Under the pieces are notes generated by a model that worked only from the letters and a program-made list of their open reading frames with translations, was not told the DNA's origin and searched no databases. A program made the position numbers and the translations under genes. DNA of 64,000 nucleotides from Mobula hypostoma (Eukaryota), in NCBI RefSeq assembly GCF_963921235.1, contig NC_086097.1, positions 20,524,001 through 20,588,000 of the forward strand, read 5' to 3'. Below, one piece after another: positions 49,901 through 59,611 of the stretch (its first letter is position 1; the number at the start of each line of letters is the position of its first letter).

Positions 49901-52900
49901 TTATAAGGTTGCCCCTCCCATTTCCAGTTTAGCTGCATCTTACCTATAACAGGGTGACATAAATATAATTGAGATCATGGCTGATCCAACCTTGATCTCA
50001 TTTATATATGTATGTTATAGGAAAGGCCTCAATGCTTCTTTTCCTCCTCTCTCATCTTATGGTTCATGAGTCTGGCAATCTCTGTTTTGAATATATTAGA
50101 TGACACTGCCTCTGCAGCTCTCTGGAGGAGAATACCCCTATGAAAAGAGAAATTCCTATATATGTATTCCCATGCATTATCTTGGGACATAGGAGACCAT
50201 TTGGCTCAGTGACTCTTATGTTAGCTCTCAGAAGCATGCCTATCAGTGATACCATGCCACCATTTGACTCCCTGTAAGGTCTTCTCTCTTACCCATCAAC
50301 TCCTCCAGTTCCCCTGGCATCTGCCTGCACTGCGGCCAATTTACAGTGCTCAATTAACCTCCCCTGCAGAATATGGGAGGAAATCAGGGACCCTGGGGTA
50401 AGTCTGTGTGGACATAGAGAACATGCAGACTGCACACGGTCAGTAACAGACATCAGTCTGTAGCCTGGGTTCCTGGAACTGTGAAGCAACAGCACTATCT
50501 ATTTGCATCACTGTTCCTCCTCATTTGTCTTAAGTCGGCAATGCCTTATTCTGAATCTATACCCACTCGTTTAAGGTAACCCTATTAAGGGAAACATTCC
50601 CTTGCCTTCCTCCCTCCGATCCCCTTCAATGTCCATCAAAATCTTAAAACATTTTAATAAGGCATTTTGTCATTTTCCTATACTGTGTTGTGTACAGGCC
50701 CAATGTACTCAGCCATTCAATGCCTTCATCCCATCCTGAATCCCTCCCGTACAATTGTTACCTGGATGCCATTCATTAAGGTCCTGATACCTGGCACCTG
50801 GCACCACAAAGTTGTGCGCATCTGAAAAGCCGTGAGGTAAGGACAAAATCTTTTGGGGACACAATAGATCCATCACTGCAAAAGAGGGGGAATCTCAGTT
50901 AATGTCTGTTTCTATCTATGAGAGGACTTTAATTTATCTCTCTTCTGCTGCCTATCAAATTTTATAGGATTTTCTGATTTTATCTCAGAATTCTGCAACT
51001 TGTAATTGCTTCATTACTGCACCTTGAGTTCAAAATAAATTTATTATCGAAGTACATGGAGTTCTGCATAGGTATGTTCCATTGAGGCAGGGAAAGGATG
51101 GTAGGGTAAAAGAACCATGGTGTACAAAGGATATAGAAAATCCAGTTAAGAAAAAAAGAAAAGCTTATGGAAGGTTCAAGAAACTAGGTACTGTTAGAGC
51201 TCTAGAAAATTACAATGGTGTCAGGAAGGAGCTCAAGAATGAAGTTAGGAGAGTTAGAAGGGGCCTTGAGAAGACCTTGGCGACCAGGATTAAGGAAAAC
51301 CCCAAGGCATTTTACAAGTACGTGAAGCACAAGAGGATGTGCCACGTGAGAATGGGACCAATCAGGAGTGAGATTGGAAACCTGGGTATGGAGCTGGACG
51401 AGGTAGCGGAGGTACTTAATGAATACTTTGCTTCAGCATTCACCAGTGAAAAGGACCTTGGCAATTGTGGGGATGACTTACAGCAGACTTGAGTGTATAG
51501 ACATTAAGAAAGAGGATGTCCTGGAGCTTTTGAAAGGTATTAAATTAGATAAGTTGCCGGGACCGGATGAGATATACCCCAGGCTCCTGTGGGAAGTGAG
51601 GGAGGAGATTGCTGAGCCTTAGGTGGTGATCTTTGCCAAGGAAGATTGGAAGGTTGAAAACATTGTTCCCTTGTTCAAGAAAAGGAGTAAAGATAGCCCA
51701 GGAAATTATAGACCAGTGAGTCTTACTTCTGGGGAGGGCAATTTGTTGGAGAACTTCCTGAGAGGTAGGATTTATGAGCATTTAAACAGATTTAATCTGA
51801 TTAGTCATAGTCATAGTCATACTTTATTGATCCCGAGGGAGATTGGTTTTCGTTACAGTTGCACCATAAATAATTAAATAGTAATAAAACCGTAAATAAT
51901 TAAATAGTAATATGTAAATTATGCCAGGAAATAAGTCCACGACCAGCCTATTTGCTCAGAGTGTCTGACCCTCCAAGGGAGGAGGTGTAAAGTTTGATGG
52001 CCACAGGCAGGAATGACTTCCTATGACGCTCAGTGTTGCATCTCAGTGGAATGAGTCTCTGGCTGAATGTACGCCTGTGCCCAACCAGTCCATTATGTAG
52101 TGGATGGGAGACATTGTCCAAGATAGCATGCAACTTAGACAGCATCCTCTTTCCAGACACCACCATCAGAGAGTCCAGTTCCATCCCCACAACATCACTG
52201 GCCTTACCAATGAGTTTGTTGACTCTGTTGGTGTCTGTTATCCTCCGCCTGCTGCCCCAGCACACAACAGCAAACATGATAGCACTGGCCACCACAGACA
52301 CGTAGAACATCCTCAGCATCGTCTGACAGATGTTAAAGGACCTCAGTCTCCTCAGGAAATAGAGACGGCTCTGACCCTTCTTGTAGACAGCTTCAGTGTT
52401 CTTTGACCAGTCCAGTTTATTGTCAATTCGTATCCCCAAGTATTTGTAATCCTCCACCATGTCCACATAGTCAGCATGGCTTTGTCAAGGGCAGGTCATG
52501 TCTTACGAGCCTGATTGAATTCTTTAAGGATGTAATAAAACACATTGATGAAGATAGAGCAGTGGATGTACTGTATATGGATTTTAGTAAGACATATGAT
52601 AAGGTTCCCCATGTGAGGCTCAATCAGAAAGAAATGAGGCATGGGATCCTTGCTTTGTGGATCCAGAATTGACTTGCCCACAGAAGGCAAAGGGTAGTTG
52701 TAGATGATTTGTATTCTGTATGGAGGACGGTGGCCAGTGGTATTCTGCAGGGATCTGTTCTGGGACCCCTTCTCTTTGTGATTTTTATAAATGACCTGGA
52801 TAAGGAAGTAGAAGGATGGGTTAGTAAGTTTTCTGTTGACACAAGAGTTGAAGGGTGTTGTGGATAGTCTGGAGGGTTGTCAGAGGTTACAGCGTGACAA

Positions 52901-55900
52901 CGATAGGATGCAGAACTGGGCTGAGAAGTGGCAGATTGGGTTCAATCCAGATAAGTGTGAAATGGGTCAGTTCAGTAGGTCAAATTTGGAGACAGAATAT
53001 AATACTAATGGTAAGCCTCTTGGCATTTTGGAGGATCAGCAAGATCTTGGGATCCACATCCATAGGACACTTAAAGTTGCTGCGCAGGTTGACAGTGTTG
53101 TTAAGAAGGCGTATGGTGTGTTGGCCTTCAACCATGGGATTGTGTTCAGGAGCCGTGAGGTAATGTTACAGCTATATAAGACCTTTGTTAGACCCCAGTT
53201 GGAGTACTGTTTTCAGTTCTGGTCACCTCACTAAGGAAGGATGTGGATAATATAGAGAGAGTGCAGAGGAAATTTACAAGGACGTTACCTGGATTGGAGA
53301 GCGTACCTTTTGAGACTAGGTTGAGTGAACTTGGCCTTTTCTCCTTGGCACGGCAGAGAATGAGAGGTGACCTGACAGAGGTGTATAAGATGATGAGAGG
53401 CATTGATCGTGTGGCTAACACAAGGGGGCATAGTTTTAAGGTGCTTGGAAGTAGGTACAGGGGGATGTCAGAGGTAAGTTTTTCACACAGAGAGTGGTGG
53501 GTGTGTGGAATGCACTGCCAGCGAAGGTGGTGGAGTCGGATACAATAGGGTCTTTTAAGAGCCTGTTAGGTACGTGGAGCTTAGAAAAATAGAGGGCTAT
53601 GCGATAGGGAAATTCTGGGAAGTTTCTAGAGTAGGTTCCATGTTTGTCACAACATTGCGGGCCAAAGGGCCTGTAATGTGCTGTAAATTTCTATGTTTCT
53701 ATGTTTAGATAGGTCACTGTATAATACCTAGAGATTCATTTTCTTGTAGACATTCACTGTAAAAGCGAAGAAATACAATAGAATCAATGAAAAACTACAC
53801 ACAAAATGTTGACAGCCAATGTGCAAAGGAAGACAAACTGTGTAAATAAATAAATAGTACTGAGAACATGAGTTGTAGAGTCCTTGAAAGTGAGTCCGTA
53901 GGTTGTGGCATCAGTTCAGAGCAGAGATGAATGAAATTATCCATGATAGTTTTAGGAGCCATGATGGTTGACTATTCCTGAACCTGGTGGTCTTATAGCT
54001 CCTTCCCAATAGCAGCAGCGAGAAGTGAGCATGGTCTGGATGGTGGAGATCCTTAATGATGGATGCTTGAGAATGGTCGGTTCCCAAGCTTCCAGTTTCT
54101 AAATTGTTGTTAAGGATTTTCTGTTGATGTCTGAAGCAAATTTGCAGGAGATATTAACTCGTTTTCAAATTCAATAAATGCCATTGCAGTCAGGTTAATT
54201 TGTTTTAATATTTTAATTTCTTATTTCAGCTCTTGCGCTACAAGGAACATTTAAATATCAGAAGCCATAGTGAGAGGAAGGAATATTTGAAAAGCTGTAT
54301 TGGGTAAGTATTGAGTAGAGATACTGTGTAAGCAAGCAGCTGAGAGAAGGCAAGCTAACAGGGTTGATAATTTTGTTTATTTCCACCCAAGGGCTCTAAG
54401 TTTCTAATTTCTCTCCTCCTTTCCCACTTGATGCGCTCCCCTTGTTGGGCCACAGTGCTGTGGGTACAGGGCATTCAAATGTTCATCCAGGTACTATGTT
54501 AGTTGAAGCAGTGAATGTTGAAATCCCTGCACACTGTGATCATGTCCAAACACAATCCTGCCATCCCTCACTTTGTATTAGAAACAGAGGGCTATACAGT
54601 ACAGAAACAGGCCCTTCAGCCCAGTAAGTCTATGTCAGAATCAAAATCAGATTTATTTTCACCAGCATGTGTCGTGAAATTTGTTAACTTAGCAGCAGCA
54701 GTTCAATGCAATACATAATATAGAAGAGAAAAAACAAAACAAAATAACAAACAAATAAATATATTGAATAGATTAAAATAGTGCAAAAACAGAAATACTA
54801 TATAGATTAAAAAAGTGAGGTAGTGTCCAAGGTTCAATGTCCATTTAGGAATCTGATGGCAGAGAGGAAGAAGCTGTTGCTGAATTGCTGAGTGTGTGCC
54901 TTCAGGCTTCTGTATCTCCTACCTGATGGTAACGGTGAGAAACGGGCATGCCCTGGGTGCTGGAGGTCCTTAATAATGGATGCTGCCTTTCTGGGACACC
55001 GCTCCCTGAAGATGTCCTGGGTACTTTGCAGCCTAGTACCCAAGATGGAGCTGACTAGATTTACAACCCTCTGCAGCTTCTTTCGGTCCTGTGCAGTAGC
55101 CACCCCCCACCCCACATACCAGACGGTGATGCAGCCTGTCAGAATGCTCTCCACAGTACACCTATAGAAGTTTTTGAGTGTATTTGTTGACATACCGAAT
55201 CTCTTCACACTCCTAATGAAGTATAGTCACTGTCTTGCCACCATACTAATCCCACAGAGGGGAAGGTGGGTGGTGGGGAAGCAGAAATGAACTAAGAAAC
55301 TGGGAAGCGACAGGCGGAAGAGACAGCTTCCCCTTCACCTGGTCTCACCTATCACTTCCCATCTTGTATCTTTCCCCTCCCCTCACCTTCTTGTTCTGGC
55401 TTCTACTCCTTCCTTTCAGTCCTGAGGAAGGGTCATGACCCGAAACGTCGACTGTTCATTCCCCTCCATGGGTGCTGCGTGACCTGCTGAGTTCCTCCAA
55501 TGTTTTTTGTGTGATACCTGAGATTTCCAGTACCTGCTGAGTCTCTTGTGTTTATGATTTTCTCTGTCTCTGTTTTTGTCTTTAGGCTCCCGTTTGCGAC
55601 TGATGATAGTGCCTTTGTTGAAGATCACTATACACTGCTGGAGAGACAGATTATTATCGATGTGAGGAACAACTTGGTGTATAGTTTACCTTTCCATTAT
55701 CATTGGTCCACCTCAGAACCCACCATCAGCTCGTTCCTTCGACACCCACTAATGGTCTTCTCCCCTTCCAACTGCAAGTTTATCCCATATCTACCTTGAT
55801 TTCCAGCCAGATTTCCACATTGGAAAGAACTGCTTTGTTTTTGCTCAAATTCAAAAAGACATAGTCAGCACTTTTTTTTCCCCCACGGGTACACAATAGA

Positions 55901-58278
55901 AAGCCTACTGTCTGCATGCAGCTTGTTGTGGATGCAGCTTAATCTATTATTTGAACCAGCTTGCCCTCCACTAACTGTCATATCACATCCAAGGACCCCT
56001 CTCCTGCTGAGAATTCTCTCTTCTCCCCTCTCCCTTTGGGCAGAAGGGGCAAAAGCATGAGAACATTTACCAGCAGACTCAAGGGCAGCTTCTGTCCCGC
56101 TATTATAGAATCTTGTATGGACCTAATATATACTAAAACTGAAATCTTTCTATCTTAATCTGTCTTGTTGTGACCCTTGCGCTTTATTTGTCCACTATAC
56201 TGTTTCCTCCCACAGCCCAAAGACGTATGAGTTAGTAGGTTAATTGGTCATTGTAAATTGCCCTGTGCAGAGGCGAGGGTTAAATAGTTGTGTTGCTGGA
56301 TGGTGTGGCTAACTAGCCCGGAAGGGCCTGTTCCGTGCTGTATTTCTAAGTAACTAAATCAATGTGCTGCATTTTCTCGGTATCTGCAACACAATATATT
56401 CTGCATTCATTATTTTTACTTTGGTACTACTGATGTATTTATGTCTGGTGTGATCTAGTTGGAGGCCATGTAATCAAAAGCCTTTCACTGCACCTTAGAA
56501 CATGGATCAATAATATGCCAATTACTAATTCCCAGCATTTTGTGTTAGTATCACACTCTGTACATTATAGCCAGTTTTGTATGAGACATAGTGTCATACA
56601 GCATGGAAGCAGGTCCTTTGCCCCAACTCATCCATGCCAACTGTGTTGCCCGTGTTTGGCCCACAGCCTTCTCAACCTCCCTTATCCATGTACTTATCTA
56701 AATGGCTCAATGTGCCCACCTCAACTATTATTTTTGGTAGCTCATTTTAAGTACACATCACCCTTTTGTGAAGCAGCTGCCCCTGATGTCCCTTTTAAAT
56801 CTCTCACCTCTGATCTTAAACCTATGCCCTCTTGTTTTTTTATGGACCACCTCCCTGGGATAAATACTCTGTGCTTTCACCCTGTCTGTGCCCTGCCTGA
56901 TCTTACTCACCGCTCCTGATCACTGATCTCCCTCCTGGTACTTAGCCTTGCAACCGGAACAAGTGCCACACCTGCCCCTAAACACCCCAGGGCCCCAAAC
57001 AGTCCTTCCACTGGAGGTGACTCTTCATTTGTGAGTCCATTGGGCTCATCTACTATATCCGGTGCTCCTGGAGTGGCGTCCTGTATATTGGCGAGACCCG
57101 ACGCAGATTGGTAGACTGCTGAGCACCTTCGCTCCATCTGCCAGAAAAGCAAGATCTCCTGGTGGCCATCCATTTCAGTTCTGCTTCCCATTCCCATTCC
57201 CATTCCCATTCTGGCATAACAGTCCATGGCCTCCTCTACTGTCGTGATGAGGCCACGCTCAGTTTGGAGGAGCAACACCTAATATTCCGTCTGGGTAGCC
57301 TCCAACCTGATGCAATGATCATCGATCTCTCGAACCTCTGGTAGTTGTCCCCCCCCCCCCGCCCCACTTCACCATTCCCCAATCCCATTTCCGTCTCTCA
57401 CCTTATCTCCTTACCTGCCCATCACCTTCCTCTGGTTCTCCTCCCCCTTCCCTTTCTTCCACGGCCTTCCGTCCTCTCTTATCAGATTCCCCTTTCTCCA
57501 GCCCTTTATCTCTTTCTCCTATCAACTTTCCAGCTCTTTACTTCACCCCACTCCCGTTTTTTCTTATCATCTGCTACCTTTTACTTCTTCCTCCCCTTCC
57601 TCCACCTCCTTACTCTGACTTCTCATTTCCTTTTCCAGTCCTGATGAAGGGCTTCAGCTGAAACGTAGATTGTTGAATTTTTTTCCATAGATGCTGCTTG
57701 GCCTGCTGAGATCCTTCAGCATTTTGTGTGTATTGTTTATTCACCACTGTCAGGTCCTCCCCCTAATAAGGTAAAAAGGTTCTAGTAAATGCAACTTTCC
57801 TCATAACTAAGGCCCCTAAGTCCAAGCAATATCCTGATAAATCTTTTATGCATTATTTCTAGTTTAAAGTCTTTCCTATAACAGGGTAACCAGAACGATA
57901 CACCATAGTCCAAATGAGGCTTTATCCACTCCAAGTTGTTCTTGTTTTACTGCATATTTTATGTCCTTCTGAGAGTGCCCAGTGAACTTATGTGGTATCT
58001 TTAACTAAGTAAGAAACTGTAAAGAGAGACAAATTTAGGGTTTACTGGGAATGAACTCTGGGTGGTACTTGTGAAAAGGACTGTCCATTTCACTGAGATT
58101 GCCCTGGCTTCAGAGGTGACCATTGTTGTTTCTGGGTTTTCAGGAGAACGATAAACGTGTTGAGGCATCCAAACAGATGAAAGTGTTCATTGAGCACCCC
58201 AGGAAGGCTTCCATCCTGTGCATGCCACTCGTGACAACACTTTACTACTCCTGCTTTTATCATTACGGAGAAACGGAG
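16849..58278 (+). CDS. VIPAS39: VIPAS39 / SPE-39 homolog, spliced CDS (13 coding exons in window, 3' end missing)
   Basis: 13 AG..GT/GC-bounded exons join in consistent phase into 357 codons: [127 protein letters not shown]. This is colinear with vertebrate VIPAS39 as recalled. Confidence 0.97.
17380..17893. mobile_element. PIF/Harbinger-type MITE
   Basis: ~27-bp TIR AGGCTGATTTATACTTCTG(C/T)GTCAAAT; TSD TTA. Confidence 0.88.
18656..18690 (+). ncRNA. Degenerate hammerhead relic
   Basis: GTC CTGACGT GGGGTCTCAGCCC GAAA TATC AACT, followed by the same downstream repeat sequence as the other copies; core A9 is mutated. Confidence 0.45.
19517..21420 (-). mobile_element. CR1 LINE fragment
   Basis: [50 protein letters not shown]. 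Confidence 0.92.
21539..21862 (+). mobile_element. V-SINE (tRNA head + V domain)
   Basis: A box TAGTGTAGCAGTT, B box GGTTCAATTCC, V domain gagtttgtacgttcttcccatgact..ctccagtttcatcccaca. Confidence 0.85.
22253..23172 (+). mobile_element. Rex1/Babar-type LINE 3' fragment
   Basis: [29 protein letters not shown]. Confidence 0.88.
23431..23530 (+). CDS. VIPAS39: VIPAS39 coding exon 2 (100 nt)
   Basis: ttccttcag|[33 protein letters not shown]|gtaagg. Confidence 0.96.
24095..24622 (+). mobile_element. CR1 LINE 3' end
   Basis: [32 protein letters not shown] plus tail. Confidence 0.86.
24810..24956 (+). CDS. VIPAS39: VIPAS39 coding exon 3 (147 nt)
   Basis: tttcctcag|[27 protein letters not shown]|gtaaac; phase 1-1. 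Confidence 0.95.
25660..26348 (-). mobile_element. Rex1/Babar-type LINE 3' fragment
   Basis: [27 protein letters not shown]. Confidence 0.82.
27859..28777. mobile_element. PIF/Harbinger non-autonomous element
   Basis: TIR GG(G/C)TACGTCCACACTA(A/G)ACCAGATAA; 3-bp TSD TGA; splits the hAT transposase. Confidence 0.9.
29903..30760 (+). mobile_element. Solo LTR (Gypsy-like)
   Basis: TGTTAC...GTGACA termini, 4-bp TSD CAGT/CTGT, TATA box GGGTATAAAAGGG ~30022, AATAAA ~30698; removing it restores the host LINE tail gttcaatacagtacataatatag. Confidence 0.82.
32827..32895 (+). CDS. VIPAS39: VIPAS39 coding exon 4 (69 nt)
   Basis: gtcctgcag|[23 protein letters not shown]|gtaagt; phase 1-1. Confidence 0.9.
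33235..34295 (-). mobile_element. Tc1 transposon fragment (decayed transposase)
   Basis: [47 protein letters not shown]. Confidence 0.93.
34410..35953 (+). mobile_element. pogo/Tigger-type internally deleted element
   Basis: TA|CAGGTGTCCCC...GGGGGAAACCTG|TA; peptide [38 protein letters not shown]; inserted in a CR1 tail. Confidence 0.87.
35138..35413. repeat. Long imperfect inverted repeat (arms ~120 bp)
   Basis: 35163-35231 is the reverse complement of 35312-35380; 35241-35258 pairs with 35289-35306. Confidence 0.9.
36365..36426 (+). CDS. VIPAS39: VIPAS39 coding exon 5 (62 nt)
   Basis: ctctgcccag|[21 protein letters not shown]|gtaggt. Confidence 0.88.
37587..37643 (+). CDS. VIPAS39: VIPAS39 coding exon 6 (57 nt)
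   Basis: tttccacag|[19 protein letters not shown]|gtatgg. Confidence 0.93.
38331..38423 (+). CDS. VIPAS39: VIPAS39 coding exon 7 (93 nt)
   Basis: gttttcag|[31 protein letters not shown]|gtaagt. Confidence 0.96.
39124..40061 (-). mobile_element. ~940-bp non-coding LINE-derived element
   Basis: Same architecture as 203-1015: CpG-rich 5' part (CTTCCAGTCACGATGACGTCA) and LINE-like tail ending ..aataaaatgaacctttgaacc. Confidence 0.5.
40767..40800 (+). CDS. VIPAS39: VIPAS39 coding exon 8 (34 nt)
   Basis: ttccttgcag|[11 protein letters not shown]+G|gtaatt. Confidence 0.94.
41148..41261 (+). mobile_element. 114-bp hammerhead-bearing pLTR-derived insertion
   Basis: Flanked by direct repeat TTAGAGGTTAAA (41136-41147 / 41262-41273). 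Confidence 0.85.
41162..41199 (+). ncRNA. Minimal type I hammerhead ribozyme motif
   Basis: TAGTC CTGACGA AGGGTCTCGGCCT GAAA CG TC GACTG. Confidence 0.8.
42528..42560 (+). ncRNA. Hammerhead motif, partly degenerate
   Basis: CTGATGA AGGGTCTCGGTCC GAAA CA TC GACTG; the 5' strand of stem I is imperfect (GAGTA). Confidence 0.6.
43167..43435 (+). mobile_element. V-SINE
   Basis: A/B boxes and V domain. Further partial copies near 5897, 17070, 25310, 44655, 45296, 50300 and 56200. Confidence 0.82.
43735..44257 (+). mobile_element. CR1 LINE 3' end
   Basis: Same family and tail. Confidence 0.86.
45769..45871 (+). CDS. VIPAS39: VIPAS39 coding exon 9 (103 nt)
   Basis: ttttacag|[34 protein letters not shown]|gtaaga. 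Confidence 0.95.
46134..46700. mobile_element. Tc1-type MITE
   Basis: TIR (C)ACTCAGTGGCC...GGCCACTGAGTG|TA; a related fragment lies at 42700-42918 in the opposite orientation. Confidence 0.83.
47236..47263 (+). CDS. VIPAS39: VIPAS39 coding exon 10 (28 nt micro-exon)
   Basis: ttcaatacag|[10 protein letters not shown]|gtaagt; phase 2-0 is required to keep the frame. Confidence 0.9.
47758..48025 (-). mobile_element. Short copy of the LINE family at 51803-52467
   Basis: Near-identical to 51810-52080 (tcatactttattgatccc..gtctctggctgaatgtac). Confidence 0.88.
48455..49355 (+). mobile_element. Rex1/Babar-type LINE 3' fragment
   Basis: [49 protein letters not shown]. Confidence 0.87.
49358..49813 (-). 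mobile_element. CR1 LINE 3' end
   Basis: [40 protein letters not shown]. Confidence 0.87.
51052..53707 (+). mobile_element. CR1 LINE, 5'-truncated, degenerate
   Basis: [72 protein letters not shown]; (TTTCTATG)n tail. Confidence 0.92.
51803..52467 (-). mobile_element. Second Rex1-like LINE family 3' end, nested in CR1
   Basis: [42 protein letters not shown] with an (ATGACT)n tail; a shorter copy lies at 47758-48025. Confidence 0.88.
54230..54303 (+). CDS. VIPAS39: VIPAS39 coding exon 11 (74 nt)
   Basis: ttatttcag|[24 protein letters not shown]+GG|gtaagt. Confidence 0.95.
54636..55240 (-). mobile_element. Rex1/Babar-type LINE 3' end (close paralog of 12840-13580)
   Basis: Near-identical translation [44 protein letters not shown]. 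Confidence 0.9.
55255..55553 (+). mobile_element. Penelope pLTR fragment with a short inverted 5' segment
   Basis: Purine-rich segment (tgggaagcgacaggcgg) is inverted relative to ctcacctatcacttccca; then hammerhead and shared tail (..cctgctgagttcctcca..tctcttgtgttt). Confidence 0.75.
55417..55454 (+). ncRNA. Minimal type I hammerhead ribozyme motif (best-preserved copy)
   Basis: CAGTC CTGAGGA A GGGTCATGACCC GAAA CG TC GACTG: perfect stem I and stem II, CUGANGA/GAAA core, GUC cleavage triplet. Confidence 0.85.
55586..55661 (+). CDS. VIPAS39: VIPAS39 coding exon 12 (76 nt)
   Basis: gtctttag|[26 protein letters not shown]|gtgagg. Confidence 0.96.
56905..57737 (+). mobile_element. Penelope-like element 3' fragment (GIY-YIG endonuclease relic + pLTR with hammerhead)
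   Basis: Translates [68 protein letters not shown], followed by a pyrimidine-rich pLTR and the hammerhead. Confidence 0.85.
57636..57672 (+). ncRNA. Hammerhead motif in Penelope pseudo-LTR (stem II weakened)
   Basis: CAGTC CTGATGA AGGGCTTCAGCT GAAA CG TA GATTG. Confidence 0.7.
58144..58278 (+). CDS. VIPAS39: VIPAS39 coding exon 13 (135 nt)
   Basis: gttttcag|[45 protein letters not shown]|gtgagt. Confidence 0.96.
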
Positions 58279-58624
58279 GTGAGTCACTGTTTCTGATTGC
58301 AGTCCCGCACATGCGTTAGCTGCATCAGGGCTGAGAGTGGAGCACAACTGCTTTAGAACATAGAACGGTACAGCACAGTACAGGCCCTTTGGTCCATGGT
58401 GTTGTGCCAACCTTCTAACCTGTTCTAAGATCTATTTGACCCGTCCCTCTCCTATAGCCTTCCATTTTTCTATCATGCATATGGCTATCCGAAGACTTCC
58501 GGGTCATCAAGGGAATGGCGGCGTAAGGAAAAGGTCTCTCGACAAAAAAGAAGGTAAACTGCCCCAAAATCGAATTTAGACAAATACTTAATATTGCATA
58601 ACTATATTAATAAAAGGGGCAAGG

Positions 58625-59611
58625 ATGATGTCTAAGAACAAGATTAAAAAGTCCGCTCCGAAGGCTGATAAACATAAAGAGACGCAGCAAGGCGACGGGC
58701 CTAGCTCCCCCACGGCAAGCCAGGACGGAGATAATGAGGGGGAATCGGTGACTCTGTCTTTGATTCTCGGAGAGATTCGTGAGTTCCGACAAGATAACAG
58801 CAAACAGCTGGAAGATATTAATGGAGAAATAGTAAAAACTAACTCGCGGATAGATGAAGCCGAAGCGAGGATCGTTGGAATTGAAGAGAAGCTACAAAAC
58901 GCCGAGGAAGTGATAGCAGAAATGCTGAAGCTGCAAGACCAACTCCAGTGGAAACTAATAGATCAAGAAGGCCGCTCGAGAAGGGAAAATGTGAGGATCT
59001 ACGGAGTTCCTGAAGGAACCGAAGGTAAACCCGGATTGATGATTCCCTTCATAGAGAAGCTGCTTAGAGAGAGCCTTGATATACCGGCCGCAAAAGACCT
59101 ACAGATAGAAAGAGCTCACCGCGCGTTGGCACCACAGCCTCCGGCAGGTGCCCAGCCCAGATCAATTCTGATCAGATTTCTCAGTTACAGAACGAAGGAA
59201 GAGGTGCTTAAACGGGCATGGCAAAAGAAAGGTTTCATGTGGAGCAACTGTAAAATCAGTTTAGACCACGACTACGCACGGGGGATTCTTGCCAGACGGA
59301 AGGAATATACGGAAACACGGAGAGTCCTGAAGGAAAACAACATCAGATTCCAGACCCTGTATCCAGCTCGGCTGAGAGTCTTTTACGACGAAGGGACAAA
59401 AACTTACGCTACGGTGGAGGAGGTAACGTCGGACCTGGCGGACCGGGGACTACCTATTAAAGTTATCGCCCAACTGGAGTCGCTACTGGAGAGGATTCGG
59501 CAGAAGTCGTGGCAGTTAGTGGGGCGAGGACGCTCCACTCGAACCAGAGTGTCAAACTACAAGGAAAAGCTGCAAATATTCAGACGCGAATGTACAGAGA
59601 ATACAGATTAA
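58625..59611 (+). CDS. L1 ORF1p-like RNA-binding protein, intact 328 aa
   Basis: Coiled coil (RIDEAEARIVGIEEKL), EGRSRRENVRIYGVPEG, IERAHR and LYPARLRV motifs. Confidence 0.9.
   Translation: MMSKNKIKKSAPKADKHKETQQGDGPSSPTASQDGDNEGESVTLSLILGEIREFRQDNSKQLEDINGEIVKTNSRIDEAEARIVGIEEKLQNAEEVIAEMLKLQDQLQWKLIDQEGRSRRENVRIYGVPEGTEGKPGLMIPFIEKLLRESLDIPAAKDLQIERAHRALAPQPPAGAQPRSILIRFLSYRTKEEVLKRAWQKKGFMWSNCKISLDHDYARGILARRKEYTETRRVLKENNIRFQTLYPARLRVFYDEGTKTYATVEEVTSDLADRGLPIKVIAQLESLLERIRQKSWQLVGRGRSTRTRVSNYKEKLQIFRRECTENTD

Noticed and set aside
58625..59611. Domesticated L1TD1-like host gene
   Set aside because: It sits in normal L1 context with 5'UTR and adjacent ORF2; the intact frame is explained by young age.
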